This document shows positions 56,726-64,000 of a stretch of DNA of 64,000 nt, one piece after another. Within the stretch, counting starts at the first letter, position 1, and every line of letters begins with the position of its first letter. Source of the DNA: Eledone cirrhosa (taxonomy: Eukaryota); assembly GCA_964016885.1 (NCBI GenBank), contig OZ024761.1:6448001-6512000 (forward strand). Reading direction: 5' to 3'. The notes beneath the pieces were generated by a model, which saw only the letters and a list, made by a program, of their open reading frames with translations, was not told the origin of the DNA and made no database searches. The translations under genes were made by a program, and so were the position numbers.

Positions 56726-57204
56726 ATTCTTCCTCTATACCTTTTTTCTCACCTTCTCTCTGGCTTTCTCTAGAAGTCGGCCATGTTCAAATTTGGAGAG
56801 AGCTAGGTTCTACTAGATGGGTTCTACAGCTTAAGACAGCCTTTTGTCATGATGGCGCACCTACCGCCCCATCAGGATTTAAGGGCTCATAGATAGTTTT
56901 ACTCTGTGGAATTCACTTTATTCCAATTAAATTGATTCTCGGCTGCCATATTGGATTCAGACTTCTTTAAGTGACTTTGTTTCCGTTATCTTAAATTGAT
57001 CTGTTGTTCACAAATTAAATATTTTGATATTTGTTCGTCATATTGGTTATTGTGAAACTCTAATAAACTATCTCTTTCATTTGATTGGTCAAACGTTGTA
57101 AGATTAAACTAACCTTTATCTGAGTATTTAACCGATTTACTTCCAATCAGTTTTTAACTGTCCTTTGTTTGGACAGCTCTCTAACTCTCACTTCATTTCC
57201 GCAG

Positions 57205-57228
57205 GACAAAACTACACGAGATTGCCAT
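57205..57228 (+). other. Candidate 24-nt microexon
   Basis: ctaac branch point, tctcacttcatttccgcAG acceptor, GTAAGC donor; frame-preserving length; preceded by non-repetitive sequence. Confidence 0.4.
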
Positions 57229-57309
<81 letters not shown>

Positions 57310-57312
<3 letters not shown>

Positions 57313-58003
57313 AAGTATATAAATATAATGTAATGTATATATATAATGTATATAATGTAATGTATATATATATATAATGTATATAAATATAATGTAATGT
57401 ATATATATATATAATGTATATAAATATAATGTAATGTATATATATATATATAATGTATATATATATAATGTATATAAATATAATGTAATGTATTATATAT
57501 ATATATATAATGTATATAAATATAATGTAATGTATATATATAATGTATATAAATATAATGTAATGTATATATATATATATAATGTATATAAATGTAATGT
57601 AATGTATATATATATATATATATATATATTAATGTATATAAATATAATGTAATGTGTATATATATATATATATATATAATGTATATAAATATAATGTAAT
57701 GGATATATATATATATAATGTATATAAATATAATGTAATGGATATATATATATATAATGTATATAATATAATGTAATGTGTATATATATATATATAATGT
57801 ATATAAATATAATGTAATGTATATATATATATATAATGTATATAAATATAATGTAATATATATATATATAATGTATATAAATGTAATGTAATGTATATAA
57901 TATATATATATATATTATATATATATATGTATATAATGTAATGTAATGTATATATATATAATTATATATATATATATATATATATGTATATAAATATAAT
58001 GTA

Positions 58004-58048
<45 letters not shown>

Positions 58049-58160
58049 GTATAAAATGTAATGTATATATATATATATATATAATGTATATAAATGTAAT
58101 GTATATATATATATATATTTATTTATAATGTATATAAATTTAATGTAATGTGTATATATA
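57310..58160. repeat. AT-rich minisatellite (aatgtatataaatataatgt)n
   Basis: Direct inspection. Confidence 0.9.
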
Positions 58161-58163
58161 TGC

Positions 58164-58666
58164 CAGACCTGAAAAATGCGCAAGCTCAAAAGAGCCACAG
58201 AATGTTATAATAAACCTTCAAAAGTGTGGACTAGAGTTGTTACTCAAAAATATTGTAATCCTTATCTAATCGTACATTCTGTGGCATCCTTTATAAAAAT
58301 ATCACAATAAATATATCTATGTTTAATAATTGTTTCTACTCTAGGCACAAGGCCAGCAATTACCCAGTGCATTACTGGTACTTTATTTTATCGACCCCGT
58401 AAGGATGAAAGGCAAAGTTAATACTGACAATAATGCAAATGTGTAATAGTGAAAATTTGCGCCTTTTCAATAATTTATCGTCTGCTCACGTTGCATTAAA
58501 GGGAAATAACTCGTCTCTCAACTGTATTTATACATTTTAACTGAAACATCAATATTACACATTCGATTTGAATATGTTTGACCGATCTCTCCGGCTGGAG
58601 CTTAATCTATAAGTTTAGATGTGTGGCGACCGTTTTAGTAGAGAGACAGACAGACAGACAACCTCA

Positions 58667-58712
<46 letters not shown>

Positions 58713-59740
58713 GGAGGTGAGTTTTATTGTAGTACAATAAAGCAATGCAGATATCGGATAAGAAGCACTCTACAGTTTGTAGGACTGAGTATACATAATA
58801 TATAAGATCAAAAGATGGTTAAATGAGTTCCATGTATTTTATCACGACGCATTTCAAAAACAAATATCATTATGCAACAACATTTGAGGACACGATATGA
58901 AGGTCAAAAAACACTTGTGGATAGTGCAGTTCCAAATCAACATATGTTGTATTTGGAGCTGCACTATCCACAAGTGTTTTTTGACCTTCATATCGTGTCC
59001 TCAAATGTTGTTGCATAATGATATTTGTTTTTGAAATGCGCGTGATAAAATACATGGAACTCATTTAACCATCTTTTGATCTTATATATTATATATATAT
59101 ATATATATACATATCAAAGATTTTTAAACGCGTGTGACACAAATTTTTACAATGTTTTTATAAAAATTATTTTTACAAATATTTACAAACAAAGTGCAGT
59201 TTGTATTACAATCGGAACTCTGCCTATACTCGATTGCAATATATAAAGAGGAACAAGATACAAAGATATATTTCTTTATTTGGCACAAGGGCGAACAAAA
59301 ATGGGACATTACAGAACATGAATATACGCTATTTTGAAGTGTTTAAACATTTTTTACAAACAAAAATTTAGAATCGTTTTGTACAAACGATACATTTAAA
59401 AATGTTTGTACAAACTTTTACGATAGACTTTCATCTTATCTATTGACCGCCTAACCCTAACGTCAATATATTACATTTGTTTTAAAAATAGTTAATATAA
59501 ATTTTAACAAATCATATAACGACGAAATAACAAAAATAAATGAACTAGGAAAACAAACAAAAAAACATGGCGGATGCTTTTGAGCAACACTTACTCTGAT
59601 TGGTTGAAAATTAACCAATGGCATGTAATCACCACGGCCACGGCCAGACCTTGAAAAAAAAATTGACGATCTACATACACATATATGTTAGAACACTAAA
59701 GTGACTTAAACATTCTGTTGTTAGTCACTTCGTGTCTAAC
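58164..59740. mobile_element. Second copy of element Y with nested SINE, Helitron-like fragment and palindrome
   Basis: Both termini match 20987-21125 and 21940-22147. Confidence 0.55.
58711..59092. mobile_element. Spacer-less 298-bp palindrome (58795-59092) plus one-sided extension, in (TA)n
   Basis: Centre caacatatgttg; arms carry GAAATGCG(T)CGTG resembling a decayed HHR 3' half. Confidence 0.7.
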
Positions 59741-59767
59741 ATATATAATGTATATAAATATAATGTA

Positions 59768-59809
<42 letters not shown>

Positions 59810-59811
<2 letters not shown>

Positions 59812-60006
59812 ATAATAATAAATTTGAAGACTAAAATCCAAAGAGGGCTCGATAAGGATAAATATATATCACATATATAAGAACCCTAGAGCAAATATTT
59901 ATTAAAATAACCGATTAAAGTTTAATCAAAGAATCGCTGCTTTCACCGTTAAGGGTGAAAGCAGCGATTCTTTGCTAAAACTTTAATCTGTTATTTTAAT
60001 AAATAT
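59810..60006. mobile_element. Palindromic PLE family C 3'-end insertion
   Basis: Palindrome 59895-60006 centred on cacc-gttaag-ggtg, the stem II loop of the family C HHR. Confidence 0.8.
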
Positions 60007-60077
60007 ATATATATATAATGTTTATAATATAATGTATATATATATAATATAATGTATATATATAATGTATATAAATA

Positions 60078-60267
60078 TAATTGTTTCTACTTTTGGCACA
60101 AGACCAGTAATTACCCAGTACATTACTGGTACTTTATTTTATCGACCCCCGTAAGGATGAAAGGCAAAGTTAACCTCGGCGGGATTTGAACTCGGACCGT
60201 AAAGGGACGTAACTATGGCGTAAAGCATGGCATCCAACCCTCCACCGATACTGCCAATTCACCGCCC
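60078..60267 (-). mobile_element. Meta-type SINE
   Basis: As in the other copies. Confidence 0.85.
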
Positions 60268-60296
60268 TAATGTAATGTATATATATGTATATAATG

Positions 60297-60333
<37 letters not shown>

Positions 60334-60873
60334 AATAAAATAAGAGGTGCGAGACTGCGTACGGCTTATAATTTTTTTATTCCATTATTAAAATAAATTG
60401 GATTACTTTGAATAAATAATGAATGAATATTACACAATTTATCTATTAAATTTCGTAGCTGTTGATTTGATTAAATATAGTTTATTTTTTATTTTAAGAT
60501 TCACTTCTTTAAAATTTTCAAATGTCAACACTTCCGGTTAGTGGTTGCTTAAATAAACATTCATATATTTCCGTCACTAATTTTCTCCTAATGCAGTTTA
60601 TATATAATATCGTCTTTTTTTAATGTATCATGGATTACTTTACTGATTTCAGAAGACAGTGTAACACAGTCTTCGTTCAATTTCTGTGTATATTGTCAAT
60701 TACGATTTTATTTGATGTATCATATCTACATGCATATATACTTGCGTATAATATCAATATGCACACTATACATGCTAGCAGAAAACCACCAATAGCTGTT
60801 TAAGTCACAAGTCCTTCTTCCATCCAGCTTTCTTCATTTAGAGTGAATAAGCCGAGGAAGTTTGTGCTCGAAG

Positions 60874-61185
60874 AGTATCGAACTTATTCAACAAACTTAT
60901 GTATAAGAATAACAAACTTACTGCATTGGGACTCTAGTATCGAACTTATTCAACAAACTTATGTATAAGAATAGTAGACTTACTGCTTTGGGGCTCGAAT
61001 ATCGAACTTATTCAACAAACTTATGTATAAGAATAGTAGACTTACTGCTTTGGGGCTCGAATATCGAACTTATTCAACAAACTTGTGTATAAGAATAGCA
61101 AACTTACTGCCTTGGGGCTCCAGTATCGAACTTATTCAACAAACTTATGTATAAGAATAGTAGACTTACTGTCTTGGGGCTCAAG
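60874..61185. repeat. About 62-bp tandem repeat x5
   Basis: tatcgaacttattcaacaaacttatgtataagaata...acttactg..ttggggct units. Confidence 0.9.
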
Positions 61186-61442
61186 AATAAACACAGAAGA
61201 ATTGAGGAAGTCATCGCAATTATTAAATAAATTCTGAGTGAACATATTCAGGGACTATTCAAGCACCCTGTATATCATCGTTTGTAAAGCCCTTCATGAC
61301 TGAAGCAATTCAATAACACCATCCAGGTTTCTCCTATAGTAGACATAACCCGAGAAAACACACCATAATAAGTCGGTTAAACAATCAGAAGTGTTGGCCC
61401 TAAAGAGGGCCTTGTAACGTTCACTGTTGCAAAGTGTCAATA

Positions 61443-61670
61443 ATGGGGGAGACCAGGGACCCCTGGATATGGGGAGACCAGGGACCCCTGGATATGGGGA
61501 GACCAGGGACCCCTGGATATGGAGGGACCAGGGACCCTTGGATGTGGGGAGACGAGAGACCCCTGTATATGGAGGGACCAGGGACCCCTGGATATGGAGG
61601 GACCAGGGACCATGTATGTCGGAAGACCAGGGACCCTGTATATCGAGGGTCCAGGGACCCCTGTATATCA
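61443..61670. repeat. About 26-bp GC-rich tandem repeat with internal hairpin
   Basis: gaccagggacccctggatatgg units (ccaggg/ccctgg). Confidence 0.9.
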
Positions 61671-61984
61671 ATGATTATTTCGTCAATTCAGGTTTCAGAT
61701 ATTTCCACCCCATACATCAGTATCTATTGATTGAATATATCCACTTAAGTCATTTATATTCTATCGATATTTATTCTACACATATCAGTGGAGCGTTCAT
61801 TGCTACCAATTAACTAATTATCTTTAATGTATATATGCATTATATACACATTATATACACATTAAATACATTTCCTTGTTGATGTGAATTACTGTTTCAC
61901 ACTCTCTTTGCTCTCTCTTCGTTTTTCCAACAAGTTTTTATATAAACTAAAACGTTTTCTTGACATACAAGATTTATAACATGG

Positions 61985-62470
61985 GCGTGGAGTAGGTGGC
62001 TAAGTGGTTAGGGTGTTTGGCTCATGATCGGAAGTTCTGAGTTCGATACACGGCTGAGTGTTGCGTCCTTGAGCAAGACACGGTATTTCCAGTTGCTCCA
62101 GTTAATTCAGCTAGAAATAAAGATGAGAATCTCCTTGAGACATACGTACGTGAAAGATACACGTGTCTGTGGAATGCTTAGCCACTTATTCGTTAATTTC
62201 ACGAATCGGCTGCTCTGTAAATCTGTGTATGTGTTGAAGGGGTTAGGGTGTCTCATGATGATAATGTCATGAGTTGGGTCCCCGTTGTAGAGGAGTTCGT
62301 CGAGTGTTGTGTCCTTCGGCAAGACACTTTATTTCACCTTACTGCACTCAATTCTGCAGGCAAAAAAAAATGAGTTATTCTTATAAATTCGCGATGCCAG
62401 TCCTGATGAATCTTCCTGAGAACTACGTGGTGTAGAAGACTTGGCCACTTAAACATAAATTACACAGTAG
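61985..62470 (+). mobile_element. CORE-like tRNA SINE(s)
   Basis: gtggctaagtggttag A box, gagttcgatac B box, gtccttgagcaagacac core; second partial core at about 62305. Confidence 0.7.
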
Positions 62471-62804
62471 GCAGCTCCGTTGGCAGAATCACCAGGATTT
62501 CTCAATGAAAATGTCGGAGACCCAGCAACAACGGGCGTGTATACACTCACACGCGCACACGCAGACACTGACACACACTCACACACACACACGCAGACAC
62601 AGACACACACACACATATATATTATATATCATACACACATATATACATATTATGCACACACACACATATGTATATATAATAAGAAGTTGACGGGACCAGC
62701 ATAAGTTTCCTGTTAGGACCGGTTGCATCTCAGCGTACTCAATAAGTAAGGTTATGTAAAACTCCCAGAATAGACACATAGTTAATTGCTTCAACAGATA
62801 AAAC

Positions 62805-62864
<60 letters not shown>

Positions 62865-62868
<4 letters not shown>

Positions 62869-63227
62869 TAGATCCTTCATCAATGATCTTCCAACCATCA
62901 TTGGTATTTCATCGCTTTAAAGACCATATACCTCCGGTTGGTGCGAGCAACGGCTAACAAAAGTCGTTGGGACACGTAAATAAAGGGGACACGAGAGTGT
63001 AAACAAACAAAGATGGTGAAGCAACGAAAAACGGAGATGTGGTAAGGAACCAGGTGGACCATAACGCACCAAAGTACTCAATACTTAGGGTAGTAGAGTG
63101 GGTAATAGGAACGAGTAGGACCCCGACGGTTGAGCTCAAGCCGTTTCGACGGCTAATTCTGGACTCAGTCCAGAATTAGCCGCCGAAACGGCTTGAGCTC
63201 AGCCGTCGGGGTCCTACTCGTTCCTAT
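62865..63227. mobile_element. Palindromic PLE family E 3'-end insertion with long one-sided tail
   Basis: Palindrome 63105-63227 centred on ggact-c-agtcc; (TA)n flanks. Confidence 0.8.
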
Positions 63228-63375
63228 ATATATATATGCGCACCCCACAACTCTCTACTTCCTCAATACTATACCAAGGATTTTACACTACCGGTCCACG
63301 GCTCCGGCATCCACCCTGCTATACTCGGAATTTTCAACATCCGTTCCTAAACTCCGCGGAAAAACATCCAGGAAT

Positions 63376-63481
<106 letters not shown>

Positions 63482-63491
63482 GCGCGCGCGC

Positions 63492-63536
<45 letters not shown>

Positions 63537-63811
63537 CACGCATACACTTACACTATTTTTGCACCACGCGCCCATACATCCACACCACACATAAAAAACA
63601 CACACACACGTGCGTATCCTCACATACACACACTCAGCCTTCGGACTCCAAATGCCCCCTCTCGCCCAGCCCCTCTGACCCCTCTCCATCCACACACACA
63701 CACACACACACACACCCCACCCCACCCCATGTACACACTAGTTTCCCTATTACCCGAACATGGAACCTCGTTCTTCCCGAAACTCTCACATTCATATCCA
63801 CACACACACAC

Positions 63812-63850
<39 letters not shown>

Positions 63851-64000
63851 ACCTTCCACCCTCCCCGCTCGGACCCCCTGTCACCCTCTCCCCCTCCATC
63901 CACTCGCCACCACCTCTACACGCCTCACACCCTTTCACCACTTGTTTCATTTTAATTTTTTTACCCTCTAAAAGTACCCACCCCCCCTCTTTAATGTCTT

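Noticed and set aside
60874-61185. CRISPR-like regular repeat
   Set aside because: Units are contiguous and near-identical with no unique spacers; eukaryotic context; no cas genes.

Overview
Eukaryotic, very microsatellite-rich, non-coding-looking DNA. The SINE types and repeat landscape suggest an octopus/cephalopod genome (inference). No intact host gene is visible, and nearly all ORFs in the track are simple-repeat artefacts. The window is dominated by retroelements. (1) A young, 5'-truncated Penelope-like element (PLE; RT with YVDD plus C-terminal GIY-YIG) forms a near-perfect 1.62-kb-arm inverted repeat at 341-3959. (2) Many short 3'-end fragments of several distinct PLE-type families sit in (TA)n tracts, most carrying a type I hammerhead ribozyme (HHR) motif. 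At least six are tail-out palindromes, and in four the fold-back axis lies in the hairpin at the HHR stem II position. (3) Two R4/Dong-like RLE LINE fragments are inserted antisense in the (ATGT)n tails of an RTE-like non-autonomous element. (4) A Tx1/L1-like LINE and extra 3' ends lie in (TATC)n. (5) RTE and CR1 fragments, Meta-type and CORE-type tRNA SINEs, Helitron-like and Tigger-like non-autonomous elements, minisatellites, and one candidate 24-nt microexon. All alignments and folds were done by eye; coordinates of degenerate elements are approximate.
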